64,000 nucleotides of DNA from Nemertoderma westbladi (lineage: Eukaryota > Animalia > Xenacoelomorpha). Both the position numbers and the translations under genes were made by a program. Below are positions 25,492 to 38,600 of the stretch, in pieces. The notes below the pieces were generated by a model, which saw only the letters and a list, made by a program, of their open reading frames with translations, had not been told where the DNA came from and made no database searches. Where the stretch lies: positions 1-64,000 of the forward strand of contig JAUCBJ010007711.1 in NCBI GenBank assembly GCA_032718475.1. Reading direction: 5' to 3'. The first letter of the stretch is position 1. Every line of letters starts with the position of its first letter.

Positions 25492-26779
25492 TATATAGCA
25501 CGCAAATACAACCTCATTAGTTGAAGGATTTTGAGGTTAATAAGTGTTACTGATTGAATTAATAAGGTGTATTAATTACTGTTAGTATCGGTAAAATATG
25601 GAAACACACAAAGACAATAAATAGTTTACAAATGAATGTTTATCAATCTTTATCAATCAATTTACACCATCCACTCTATGAAATCTATTAGTTATAGACT
25701 AGACTTTCTCTTTCAACCTTGTATTCCTATTGTCTGTTATTCACATTCCGTATCAATATTAAAAAGACAAAAGGACCTGTGAGGCAACAACGCCAACCAC
25801 AACTGTACGAGGAACCACACTATTACTATTACCATACATTACTATGTATAATGAAAATGAAAGGATCATTATCTCCAAATATTTTTTTATGAAATTGCCA
25901 ACCTTGTTGGCACATTATTTGATAAAAATTATGTTCTTTCAATCTCAATTTCATATATTGTGACTCTTTGACAATTTCGCTGAAAATACATGCAGGTAGG
26001 TTTTATCTTGCTGGTCTGATACAATGAGCGGAATGGCGCTAGTATACCTTTAACACAGGGCTGCTCACTGGATCAATTTATCTCCCCTTTTTTCCTTCTT
26101 ATGTATTGATTTGCTCTATATTTCGTTTTGTTAAATACGGTATTTGATTATCTTTTGTATTTAACTGAGGTATGATACCGCGAAGGTGTGGCAACACAGT
26201 ACAACAAGCAAGTGACTGACTAATTAATTATGTAAGAACTCAAGTCTGGCAACTGTGTTTCCCTTTAGAGGAAACGTATTGTAACTTGTCTTTATGTTTA
26301 ATTATATTGATATCGCTACCGTAATCAATTTGTGACAACTCTCAATCGTGATATAGTTAATAATAAGAGCTTTGCTTATAATAATTGTCTGAGATATCGC
26401 CATATATTAATTATTTAGTGAATCAGAGGTACGACAACTCACAAATCTAATACAATTGTCCAGATTATCACTGATACTTAATTGTAGTGACCCACCTTTT
26501 CTGGTGCGTGTAAAACTTTCTTGATTTCGTAATATCGGCGATATATTAAACAAACAAAGAGAGTAAATTGAGTTTAACGACAGAATATAAATTAATAATA
26601 ATATTATGATGTCACCAAGACTCAAACTGTTACACGGAAGTTAACGGAAGTTACAAACTACGCGTAGCTACGCGTAGCTACGCGTAGGCCTACGCGTAGG
26701 TCGAAAAGATTTACCCTGCATAATGCAGTAATGTACAAGTACAGTACCGGTACATCAGTACTGCTGACTGCAGTAGTAC

Positions 26780-27568
26780 TAGGGCTCGATCGGAGCTCCG
26801 GCCTCCGGCTCCGGCTCCGGCCATTTTGGCACCTCCGGCTCCTGCTCCGGCTCCGGTAAAAATATTGCCGGAGTTAATTTTTTACTAAAGTATTATATTT
26901 CGTGCATATTCTAATCTGAACAATTATTTAACACTATAAGTACTTTAGCTGTGTAGTACAGCTTCAATATCAAGTATAATCTGATAATACTGCAGTATTT
27001 ACTTAAAGTCAATGACTGACTGACTGTACTGCAGTACTGGTACTGGCCAGCTGGCTGACTAGCAGATTATTACAGTACAGATAGGCCCTACTTTAAAAAA
27101 TTGTAAATGCTATGATTGTACACTGTCAGACTGTACCACTGCAGCCATTTACTGCTGTCATGCCAGCATACAGTACTGCAGTACTGGTGCACGTACGGTA
27201 GGCTACCTACAGTACACACCTCTACCACAGTTAGCGAGTTAGGTACTGTACGTAATTTTTAGCCGTCAGCGTCAGGCCGTCGCCGTCAGCATCAGGCCGT
27301 CAGCGTCAGGCCGTCTGTCCGTGATAAATTAATTACTTAAATTTTAAATTGAAAATTCGTAAATCTATAAATTATGAAATTAATTAGACCTACAGTATGA
27401 TTGATTATGAGCGATTGGCGAACGATAACCATACTTTATTTTTTTTTAATAAATAATTAAATTTTGAAAATTTTGAAAAACTCCGGCTCCTGCTCCGGCT
27501 CCGGCCAAATTGTCCAACTCCGGCTCCTGCTCCGGCTCCGGCCAAATCCCAACTCCGATCGAGCCCTA
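26780..27568. mobile_element. hAT-family MITE
   Basis: TIR TAGGGCTCGATCGGAG/CTCCGATCGAGCCCTA, 8-bp TSD AGTAGTAC (26772-26779, 27569-27576), subterminal (CTCCGG)n. Confidence 0.85.
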
Positions 27569-27896
27569 AGTAGTACCGTACCGTTGTCACAAGGAAATCA
27601 GCCCCCCCTAGAATATGCCCCCCGGGGCATTATTTCCTAGGATATTATGTCCCCCCGGGCAATTTTTCCTAGGAAATTTAGCCCGGGGGGCATTTTCTCC
27701 TTAGGAAATAATGCCTCCCCTCAGGAAAATTAGCCCCCCTCAAAAGTCTGAAAACTGGTACGATACCGGTCTGCTGGTAGCCACTTTTAATCTACCAACT
27801 GCAGAACTTGTAATAGTTTGAAGAATAGTACGGTACCGGTCTGCCGGTAGGTAAGCAGGTAAGGCAGTAAGGGATGTAGAACAGCATACTGAAGTA

Positions 27897-29612
27897 GGGT
27901 AAACTGGGGTAATTTGGGACATGGGGGAATTTGGGACAGCCTGGGGTAATTTGGGACAAGTCTTTTCTTAACTGTAAGTGCAGTGGGGTTTGGTGGGTTG
28001 TTTAAATTATAGGCCTACACTTATCTTCATACTTTCTCTAGCTCTTTTAAATGCTGTAGGGCTGTCGGGTAGACTACCCGTCACAGGCAGACAGGTAAGT
28101 CGCAAGTGTAAGGTGTTCGCTTTCAGATATTTCGCCCTCTAGCAGCAGACTGGAGAACTGCAGCAGCAGCAGAATAATCACCTTCATCAAAAAGACACAG
28201 CATGTAGTCGTGGTCAGGTACTTATATTCCAAGACTCAGCTTAAACAGATTAAGATGAAGAAAAGGGAGACATATGGGTAAGCGGAAGATCACTTTCATA
28301 CATTTTGCCCTCTAGGAGCAGACTGGAGAACAGAACTGCAAACCAATTACCGACCCCACCAAGACTGCAAGACACACTACTGACGCAGGATGTATTCTAA
28401 AGAGAGCACATACTGATACATACAGACAGACAGACAACATATTTGACAAGTTTCAGCTAGGACGGATCATAAATAATGGAATGAGTCAAGGATGTCACTT
28501 TCACACATTTTTGCCCTCTAGCGGCAGACTGGAGAACAGATGACCGATAACCTTCTTCCCAAAGATTCAACATGTGGTATAGTAGGGCCTATCGAGTAGC
28601 ATAAGGTAATCGAATTAGAATCACGGAAATGGGAGAAGGGTTTCCAGTTTTCACTTTCAGACATTTCGCCCTCTAGGAGCAGACTGGAGAACTGCAGATG
28701 AATCACCTTCCTCAAAAAGACACATCATGTAGTCGTGATCTGGTACTATACTGCTATATTCCAAGACTCAACTTAAACAGATTAAGATCAAGTATATGGC
28801 AAAATGGGTACAAGGGAAGTGGAAGGTTATCATTTTCATACATTTTGCCCTCTAGTGGTAGACTGAAGAAATGCAGACCACTTACCGACCCCTCCAAGAC
28901 ACAGCCGCAGCAGCACATTGATGCAGGATGTATTCTGGCTGAGCACATACTGGTATAAAGATCAAAGACAGACAGACATACAATATATTTTTGACAAGTT
29001 TCAGCTTGAACGGATCATAAATAACGGAATGAGCCAAGGATTTCACTTTCAGATATTCGGCCCTCTAGCGGCAGACTAAAGAACTGCATGCAGATTAGCC
29101 CCCTTTGAATGACACATGACAGCTATGAGCTAATGGTCGGTCTAATACAAGTATGACAAGTTTCAGCATTGTCTTTTGTTCGGATTAAATGCAGAGAGAT
29201 GGCAGATGGGAGGACATTTATTAATGTTTGACATGTAGCCCTCTAGCGGGAGACTGTTGTACTGATTGTGTCGAACAGTCTCTAAAATCCCAACTTTTGG
29301 TCTTATTGATGCATTGTACAATTTCTCAACAAAGTTTGTGTCAATTACAATGGGCTACTACTGTTCGATTTATGTTATGTCCCAAATTCCCCCAACTGTC
29401 CCAAATTGCCCCATGCTGGGGTAATTTGGGACATTGATGAATATTAATTAAAAAAAGGTAATTAATTATTTGAAAATGAAAATTAAGTAATTAGTTTGAT
29501 AGAATGGGTACATGGTGCATACTTGATAAGGTCGGATTATCAAAAAAATGTTTTTAAGATTCTGAAAAAAGCTTTAAAGGACGATTTTGTCCCAAATTAC
29601 CCCAGTTTACCC
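27897..29612. mobile_element. Nested TA-TSD MITE (pogo/Tc1-mariner-like)
   Basis: TA|GGGTAAACTGGGGTAATTTGGGACA...TGTCCCAAATTACCCCAGTTTACCC|TA, perfect 25-bp TIR. Confidence 0.8.
28110..29330 (+). repeat. Second array of the GCCCTCTAGCGG repeat family
   Basis: Seven diverged units (motif at ~28134, 28307, 28513, 28668, 28847, 29060, 29238) similar to 22300-23680. Confidence 0.75.
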
Positions 29613-29729
29613 TATCTAAGTTGTGTGCAGTAGGCTACAGGCTGAGAGGGCTACTGTAGTAAGTACTGGTATAACAGCAGTGCGAGTGTGTGGTGTTGTG
29701 TGGGCGCCGAGCAGCTCCAAGCTTTTTTA

Positions 29730-30070
29730 TGTCTGTAACCTGCTCCTTTCCCTGATTTGGTAAAGTGATTGTTTATTATTTTGGTTAGAAAATCCCGCCT
29801 CTGTAACCTGCTCCTTTCTCTCAATTGGTAATGTTATCGTTTATTGTTTTGGTTAGAAAATCCCGTCTCTGTAACCTGCTCCTTTCACCTTTCCCTGATT
29901 TGCTAACAGCTAAAGTGACTGTTTATTGTTTTGGTTAGAAAATCCCGCCTCTGTAACCTGTTCCTTTCCCTCAATTAGTTAAATGATCGTTTATTGTTTT
30001 GGTTAGAAAGGTATGCCTCTGTAACCTGCTCCTTTCCTTCATTTGGTAAAGTGACTGTTTATTGTTTTGT
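29730..30070. repeat. ~68-bp tandem repeat (5 units) of a dispersed repeat
   Basis: TGTAACCTGCTCCTTTCCC...GTTTATTGTTTTGGTTAGAAAA units; single copies at ~45140, 48430, 54190 (inverted) and 55225. Confidence 0.75.
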
Positions 30071-30403
30071 ATAATTTTTGTAAGTTTTAGTAGTAATAAG
30101 TTTTGTTTATTGTATAATTCAGGGGGGGCATAATTTCCTAAGGGGGGGCATTTTTTCCTAGGGAAATTTGCCCGGGGGGGGGGCATTTTTTCCTAGGAAA
30201 ATATGCCCCCCCGGGCACATTTCCCGGGGGGGCATATTTTCCTGTTACACCGGTAAGCCTAGGTCCTGTGCCTGTCCCTGCCTGCTGACCTGCCTGCGCC
30301 ACTGTACTGCTTTATGAATCCTGGAATAAAGCTGTAAACTGATACTGTGGTAAATGATAATAATAATTTGAAAATACAGTAAAATACAGAAATACCGGTA
30401 AAT

Positions 30404-30886
30404 ATGGCAGAATCTGCAACTTTTCAACAATGCTCCCCCAAAATCCCCCACAATCCTGACAATACCGATCCCGATCAATCCCAAGCCAATCCCGAGGACG
30501 AAACGCACCGAAATCAACCAGACGCCGCCGACGGCCCACATAAATTCTTCGACTCCATCAAGAAGGCTGCATTTGTATTGGGCACCGCTATAATTATATT
30601 CGCCGCGGCACGTAATTCAATCACCTGGCATCTCCAAGGATTTTGGGGCGCTTCGGCTAACTTCTGGGAGCGGCGATGGTCCCAGGTTTATTACTACTCG
30701 TCGCAGCGATTCGGTGACAACGAGATGATCTGCTTCCTAGGAACTTGCTGCGCTATGTGGGTCGCCTTTATTGTCTCCAACGTCGCTCTCTCAGTTGTCG
30801 ATTTTACAGGGAAGCCGAAAATTTTGCTGCGATATAAAATTCAACCAGGTGTTAACAGCCCTCCGGACAGAAGGAAGTTCATAAAG
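30404..30886 (+). CDS. FAXDC2: Fatty acid hydroxylase domain-containing protein 2-like, exon 1 of 5
   Basis: ATG 30404; AARNSITWHLQGFWGAS and DFTGKP..LLRYKIQPG typical of the FAXDC2 N-terminus; donor AAG|GTTAGG, phase 0. Confidence 0.88.
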
Positions 30887-31975
30887 GTTAGGCCAGGCGT
30901 GTCTAACCAAGGTGCAAGGAATCTAATCATATATATCCCCACCGCTGTTGGCTGTCTGTTAGTACCGGTACTGTAGTAGGCTGGCTATGTAAATACTTCC
31001 CGGTACCGTGGATTGTTTATTTGAAAATTTTGAACACAAGCGCACGAATCTGTGTAGTGTTAGTATGCAGAGTGCAACGTGCTAGTACGGGCTCTGGCGG
31101 AGTTAAGCGCAATTCCTTCGGTAAATTAACGAGACTATTATTTTTGGATGGAGGACCATGTTAGAGGTCAGAACACAGTTGGTGATCGGTATAGCTAATT
31201 TGCATTCTAGAACTACAGGCCAAAAACAAACTAGCTAGCCGACCCCTACCTAACTCTATGTTGGGCCCACTGGTAGAATATAAATGCAATCAATTTTTTC
31301 AAATGAACATTTTTCTTATAGAGGGAAGACCGGCGATTAATTTAAATACAAATATATCGCCACTTTTATTTTTTAAATGCGATAAATTTACATGAGAACA
31401 AAATACATTCACTTTTTTTAAGAATCCAACATTTACATTAACTGCCATAAAATGTAGCTACTTTGGTTTAACACGTTCAAAATGTATCAAAATTTGCGCT
31501 AATTATTTCTGCATTCACCCATGCAACTCATTTTGGATGAGTACTAAATCCTCCTAGTCAATTAGCCCGATTATTATCGGGGAAACGATAATGAGAGAAT
31601 ATTCAGAGAAAGTATACTCTCTGACATTTGGAAATATTTACTACAGTTACTAAGGTAACTAACTATTCTGTGAACGGCACTCCCTTACATGTATTACCTG
31701 GCGTTGTGTAGTTTCTAGGCGACTGACTGTATACACTAAACACGCAGGCACAATCAAGTCGTTTTAAAGCACACGTTTTAAATTCGGATAGGCCGAAGCG
31801 TTATCGTCGAGATAAGGAGAATTCGCGCGACTTTTTCCCGGATTCTTGCATTTTTTGTCACAAAAGGCGAAGGTATTTTAAAGGTAAATGGAAATCTGCT
31901 CACCGGATTTTAACTCTTGATGCCGATAAAATAATAAAAGATGCTGCTTTCCAACGAAACGATTCTAAATTACTC

Positions 31976-34368
31976 TTGGAGTTACAGAGTGTAGATTTAA
32001 TTGCCAAAGGTGTGTGTGTCCATGATGATTGTTATGCATCATACACAAGAATTATACGTGAAACTCAAACTAAGGATAAATCGGAAAATCAAGTTGGGGA
32101 TTTTGATAAAGTTAAAGAAGTCGTCGACAACCAGATAATACACAGAGAAGGAATATTGTCGATTCTGAATTTACACAAAGCATATGGAACAGGTTTTGGT
32201 ACAGACAATGAAAGAAGTTATCGCAGTACATTAAAGAAGCGGATCCAACAAGAGTATAAGGATAGAATTACCTTCTTACAGGTTGATGGGAAAACTCCAG
32301 AACTTGTAGCAAACTTGCAGAAATTGTTCATCCGCATTGCAATCAAATACAATAGCCAAAGATAAGAATATAATAATTAGGAATGCGGCTGAATATATCC
32401 ATGATGATGTTGTCGAATTTATAGACAAACATGAAAACATAAGTGGTGGTAAGATACCAAATATTGAGTCGCTGAAAGATATACAGAAAGAATTCCCAAA
32501 ATCACTTGAGACATTCTTTAACTCAATATTAAAAAGAAAGGGCCATTTCAGTGCCGACAAAAGTAAGGTTTACATCAATTCCCTTATGTCAGATGTCATC
32601 AATGCTATTTCTAATGGCAAACTCGTAACATTGAAACATTTTTCTTGTTGGCCTTGGCTTGCATAACATGATGGGAATGAAAACTCCAATTAGAATACTG
32701 TCTCACTTAGGTCATAGTATTAATTATAAGTTGGTTTGTGAGATTGAGTCTGCTGAAGCAGAAGCTGAATTAGAGACATTGGTGGAATCGGCTCCTGACC
32801 ACAGCGAAAATACCAAAAACTTAGTTGCGTTTTGGTGGTTTGATAACTTCAACCAGAAAGTCGATTCAGTTACTGGCCATGGAAACATTAATATCACAAA
32901 TATTGTTTAATTTGTAGATTCTTGTAATGATTCTGAAGAAATAATCTCGGAACGTACAACAATGTACAGGGATTTAAATAACCATGAAATCTGTAGGCCC
33001 ATAAATAATATTCTAAGTGCTGCTGAATTTCAACGTAATATGCAGCCTGGTATACTCTGTGTTCCACCAACTCATACAGAACAGTCGCAAATTATAGAGG
33101 ATAAATTGTTTCAGGAGAAGTATTTGCACTGGGTTTTAATACGAATTTTAACGCGTAAAGATCCCTCATTCCCGCAATTCTCTGGATGGAATATTAAGAC
33201 CTTACAGCCTCCTGTTGGTTCGGTTATTACTAACAAGGTTGAAAAAACGGAATTGAAATACTTACCCCCCGTTTCTAGTCCAGTATCAGAATTTGGTACG
33301 ATAAAAAAGGTATTTGGTATAATTTTAAAGCGTTGTGATGTTGTAAAATGTAAATATGCCAATGTTACTGTGGATGTTGGTGCTGCAATGAATGCGTATC
33401 GAGTATTGTGGAATGACCATATTTATATATTTAATAGCATTTTTCTTCACCTAGGGGACTTTCACTTTATGAGGGAATATTTCGGAATTTTAGGAAAATT
33501 AATATCAGGCTCTGGGTTTGAAGACATCATATATCAGTCAGGGATTTGTACAGATGGGGCGATAAGTAGCATTATATCAACTTCACCACATTACAACCGG
33601 TATTGGTACATACATAGCCATTTTTCTGAGTCCCTTGAAAGGCTTATGTTTGAACGATTTGTAATAGAACAACCAGAACTGGAGTGGAGGATATCGAAAT
33701 CAAAGCAAAATTTAGGTACTGATCTCGCAAATGAACAATGCGAACACGACAAATACATTTTGCAGCAGTACAGTAAATTTACTGATGACTGCAAATTAGG
33801 TGTTTACGGTATTACTCCTATGTTTTGGACAACTTGTTACCTTGAAATATACACTGCAATCCACGCTCTTCACTGCGCAGTACAAACAAATAACTACCAT
33901 TTGAGATTATATGCATGGAAGTATCTTATAGCATGGGCGTTTTCACTAAACAAACAAAACTATTCTCGATTTGGCTCATATTACATCAGAAGTTTAGAGA
34001 CTATAGACATATCTCACCCAGGTTACCGGCAAATTATTCAAGAAAAGGGCTTATCTGTCCAGGCTCAGGACAAATACTTATGCCGCACTTCCATAGATCA
34101 ACGAGGGGAGCAGACCATAAACAAAGATGCTAAAGTAGCTGAAGATGCAGTACGTAAATGGACATTGAATCGAGCTGCACAAGCAGAAAACACCAAAGCT
34201 CTGTGCGAAATGGCTAATATTAAGCGACACTCTGAAGTATACAAATTACTCCGTCCTTCTGGCATTATTAAATCTGAAAAACTCATCCAGCAAATTTTAA
34301 ACGTGATGAAAACAGATTATCTGAATCCTTTTGAACTTTGTTTAAAACCCGACAAGCTTTGCAATTGA
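31976..34368 (+). pseudogene. Academ-type transposase, frameshifted and C-terminally truncated
   Basis: Consecutive ORFs 31976-32365, 32337-32666, 32659-32910, 32962-34368 with LSHLGHSINY, FDNFN, VDVGAA, LHLGDFH, HYNR, NYSR, DQRGEQTINKD; no XPG/Cys-rich tail seen. Confidence 0.7.
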
Positions 34369-35207
34369 GTTCTGGTATTCCAATAAAAGAGGAACAGGCA
34401 ATTGAAATATTGGCTGTAAAGAAAAATGGAATAGAAGCATGTACAAAATTCCTTTAATAACTCGATTTACTGATATACCTACAGGTACTTACTTATATTG
34501 TAATATATTCATTGATTGCATGGCATTTCTGTTCTGTACGTTTTGTTTATGGAAAATTTTATTCCCTCTGGTAAACAAAATTTATTGCTGTTAAATAAAT
34601 AATTACAAATATATTGAAGAAATGACAATTTATTTTAGTAAATATTATTTTCCTAATTGCTAAGAATATTATAACTTTGCTTCGGTTTTTGTCACAACAT
34701 AATGATAATAAGCTACTGTAGTAGAAAAGTTTGAAAGCGAAAGTATAAATTCTGACTCTCAGAATATCAGTTCCATCTTTGTATTATTTTTATAAGAATT
34801 TTCAACGATCTGTGTCTCAGTTTATGTATAAGCGCATGAATTTTGTATAATACATTAAAAAACAATTAATATAATGTAAGGAATCGCCTACACTGGTACA
34901 CAACATAGGCCTACAGTACATATAGTTCACTAGTAACTGTAGTAAATATTTCCAAATGTCAGAGAGTATACTTTCTCTGAATATTCTCTGATTATCGTTT
35001 CCCCGATAATAATCGGGCTAATTGACTAGGAGGATTTAGTACTCATCCAAAATGAGTTGCATGGGTGAATGCAGAAATAATTAGCGCAAATTTTGATACA
35101 TGTTTGAACGTGTTAAACCAAAGTAGCTACATTTTATGGCAGTTAATGTAAATGTTGGATTCTTAAAAAAAGTGAATGTATTTTGTTCTCATGTAAATTT
35201 ATCGCAT

Positions 35208-35447
35208 CGCCAATAAGTGGTAAGAGGTAATACTCCAATATGCAATAGGTGAAAACACAACAGGTAAGGCAGTAAGGCCTGAAGGTATATTGGTAATGCA
35301 ATACAGCAGTAGTGTTGCTCAAGCGTCAACTGACAGACGTACCGGTAAGATGATAAAAACCAAAACCGTAAGGCCAGATAAGGCCATGCCAAAACTATCC
35401 TACATGTAGTAATACATAAACAGACATGAGGCCAAAGGCCCATGGCG
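35208..35447 (-). repeat. 3' LTR of Gypsy element
   Basis: Direct repeat of 40973-41210; two substitutions and two 1-bp indels by eye. Confidence 0.92.
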
Positions 35448-35669
35448 CAACTAGTTTTTTTTCCTGTTCTTAGGTTTCAGTTCGTAAATCTATAATATGG
35501 TTAAACTAAGAACTACAAAGCTTGGATTATTACATGTTTATACATGCTACAGTTAGCACGATTATTTATACGCATAAAATTATCTACTAATCGTTCAATA
35601 ATACTTATAATTGTATAATACGTATTGTTCTATTTGATACTGGATGCTTCAGAACATGAGAGTGATAAG

Positions 35670-38600
35670 CTAATCATCAGAGTCAAAGTCGCATACATAT
35701 TCCCTCAAGTAGGCTGGCGGTAGGTGTCGACGTTTGGAGCGCCGGAGTGGGGGATCCGCTTCAGCTGTCTGATGAGGTTCGACATTGGTGAGATTTGTAG
35801 GATCGCCATCCATGCCAGGACCAATGAATGAGTAGGAACCATCATCAGAAGAGTCGAAGACATCAGTGGGTTTGGTAGGTATATGGTCATGAGAATAGTG
35901 TCCACCAGGAACCTTGTAGCATTCAGAAGTTAAAACGCGATACGAACGTTCTCGGAACTGGTTCCTAGTGAATTTTCTTAGAAAACACCATTTCCCATTG
36001 ATTGAACAAACGATATAACGAGGTCGGCTGGGTAACTTAGATCCATCTGCGTATACGTAAACAATATCGCCAACACAAATTGTTGATGTAGGGTTGGACC
36101 TGGAACCATGGCTCTTTGAACCAACACTGGATGGATGGTTTAACTGGCGAGAAGCATGTTGGTTATGGACGATAGATTCATCATCAACAGGGATAGCACT
36201 GGAATTAAATTGGTCTCTTTGAAAGAGAATTTCGCGTGATGAGAGACCTTGATGCCGAATTCTGGAATTTACATTGGCAATGACGATAGCTAGGAATGTT
36301 GGGGAGATGGGACCATCTGAAGGGTTTACTTTCAACATCTCTCCTATGACCTCCTGAATAGCACGTTCGGCGATAGGGTTTTTGTTAGGATTTTTGGCAT
36401 CACCAAGTTCCAGTGTGATATTATATTGCGAAAGTTTGGTATCTTTTACAAGGGAACGGAATCCTGTAGCAGGGTCTACGCGAACTACAGCAGGGGGACC
36501 ATTACATGGGCAAAAGTTAATACATAGGTGGATTAGGCCATCACGTAGACTAGTGGCAGTTTCATCAGATAAGAGACATGCGGAGGTATATGATGTGATT
36601 GATTCACGAATGACTAATATATACTGCTTTTCACGCCGAATGACATCAGCAGCAAATGATGATCCCATATGAAGAGGGGATTTGGTGGTAGATTGTGGAA
36701 TTTCACGTCTAGGGGCAGTCGCAAGCGATGCACATTGGTGGCAATTGGTAACAACAGAAGAAATAGCTGGATCAATATCAAGTGCATAGAATGATCTAGA
36801 AAAAATTTTCCGGAGTTGGAATGAAGATGGGTGATTAAGTTGGAGATGGAGTGCAGTTAATAAGCCAATGAGAGATGGCCTTGGGACAACAATTTGTTCT
36901 TGAGCTCCGATGAAGGGCCGTTCCCTTCTAACGACAACTAGTCCATCACGGGATAGTGAAGCTACCCCTAAGTACCATTTTGTATCTCGAATGTTGGTCA
37001 ACTTCTTTGAGGGACGGGTGCCTTGGAGTAGGTGAGCCTTAACACGATTTAGATCTGGACATTCAGACTGTGTGGTTAGCCAAGTCGAGCGAGTTGTATA
37101 TAATGGATGGTCAAGATCATCATCCATCTCACAACTAGCCGTCGAACGAATAACTGGAGATATAGAGGATTCGTGAAGAAATGTGCATATCTGGCAGCTT
37201 GGAGAGGTGCAATCTGGGATATTGCGACTTTGAAAGTCAGCTACCAAATTTTTTTGTCCAGGTAAATGGAGCAAAGACACTTGGTATCTAGATACGGCTG
37301 AGAGAAATGTTGTTACTCTGGGGCTGGATGAGAAATTACCACGACAAAGCTTGCCAAAGGCTTGTATGCAAGGTTTACTATCAGATAGTACCCGAGTACG
37401 GTGATGTGATTGAATGATGAATGGGGAGAAGTGGTTAAGTGCTGAGGAGATGGCTAGTGCCTCTAACTCACATGGTAACCATGTGACTTGGTGTACCTTT
37501 AACTTAGCAGAAAAAAATCCAGCTAATAGTAGTTTATTATTACGACGTATGAAAAGCACTGCGCCTAATCCATCGATAGCAGAGGCAGCATCTGTGACAA
37601 GCCAAAGTTCATCATCAGCACTGGGCAATGTAATGGATTTGCAACTCTTTAATGCAGCTTGAGCTTTACGGAAGACAGCAATAGAATCCTCACACCAATT
37701 AACCTTATCTTTAGACAAATGTCCAGCAGCCAGTGAATCAAGTGGAGCAACCAAAGACGCACAATGGGGGAGTACACGTGACAAAACCTTATAGGCACCA
37801 ATGAAGGAGCGTACACTAGTGACAGTTTCAGGTAAAGGGCAAGTGGCCAGGGCAGTGATAACATGTGGTGAAGCGGAGAGTGAACCAGCTGACCAGACCC
37901 ATCCAAGAACACTGGTGGTCTTGGGGCAAATAACTGTTTTTGATGGTGAGAGTCTGAGGCCACATCGATGTAGAGCATCTAAGACTGCAGACCAAGTGTT
38001 GAGAACATCTGAGATGGAATTCCCACCACAATAAAGGTCATCGGCAAGTTTCACCACATTTCCAGTAATCAGTAAATCTCCGAGGATGCGGCTTGTCAGC
38101 TCTTCAAGGGCAGTTTCAGAGCCTGGCATGCCCATAGCACATCACCGATAAACACGAACACCTCGATAAGGTGTTACAACACCACAGAATTTCATGGAGC
38201 TTTTGCTTAATGGAATCTGGAAAAAGGCACTTGATAAGTCTGTTTTAATTAAGAATTTGAATCTTGAGATAGCTAGTAATGTGGAGTTCACATCAGGAAG
38301 TTTTGCAGGTTGGGGCTTACAATACCGCCCAACATCGGCAAATGCTGTAACTAAGCGGAAGCCTCCTCAGGGCTTCTTGACTAAAAACGATGGATTTAAA
38401 TATTCAACAGTAATACCTGCATCTTCCGGAGTTGAGAAAACACCTAGTTTCTCATATCGGTCAAACTCATCCTGGAGGGTTTGCAGATTTTCACGCCCAT
38501 ATAAAGGGAGCCGGCCTTTCCTTTGAGGAGGGGGTACCGGCCCCATGTTTACAACTGCCTCATATGGTCCAGCAGCACCATTATAACCAGGTAATGACCC

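Larger units (their letters stand above)
27581..30253. mobile_element. TA-flanked TIR element with subterminal C/G-run repeats, hosting nested insertions
   Basis: TA|CCGTTGTCACAAGGAAA...TTTTCCTGTTACACCGG|TA; GCCCCCCCGGG/CCTAGGAAA subterminal repeats at both ends; ends ~150 bp upstream of the FAXDC2 ATG. Confidence 0.65.

Noticed and set aside
26647-26700. (CTACGCGTAG)x4 palindromic microrepeat
   Set aside because: Too short and context-free to assign a function
30887-30976. C-terminal part of ORF 30404-30976
   Set aside because: Read-through into intron 1 past the GT donor at 30887; homology resumes at 43754
35189-35443. ORFs repeated at 40864-41332
   Set aside because: Translations of the two LTR copies
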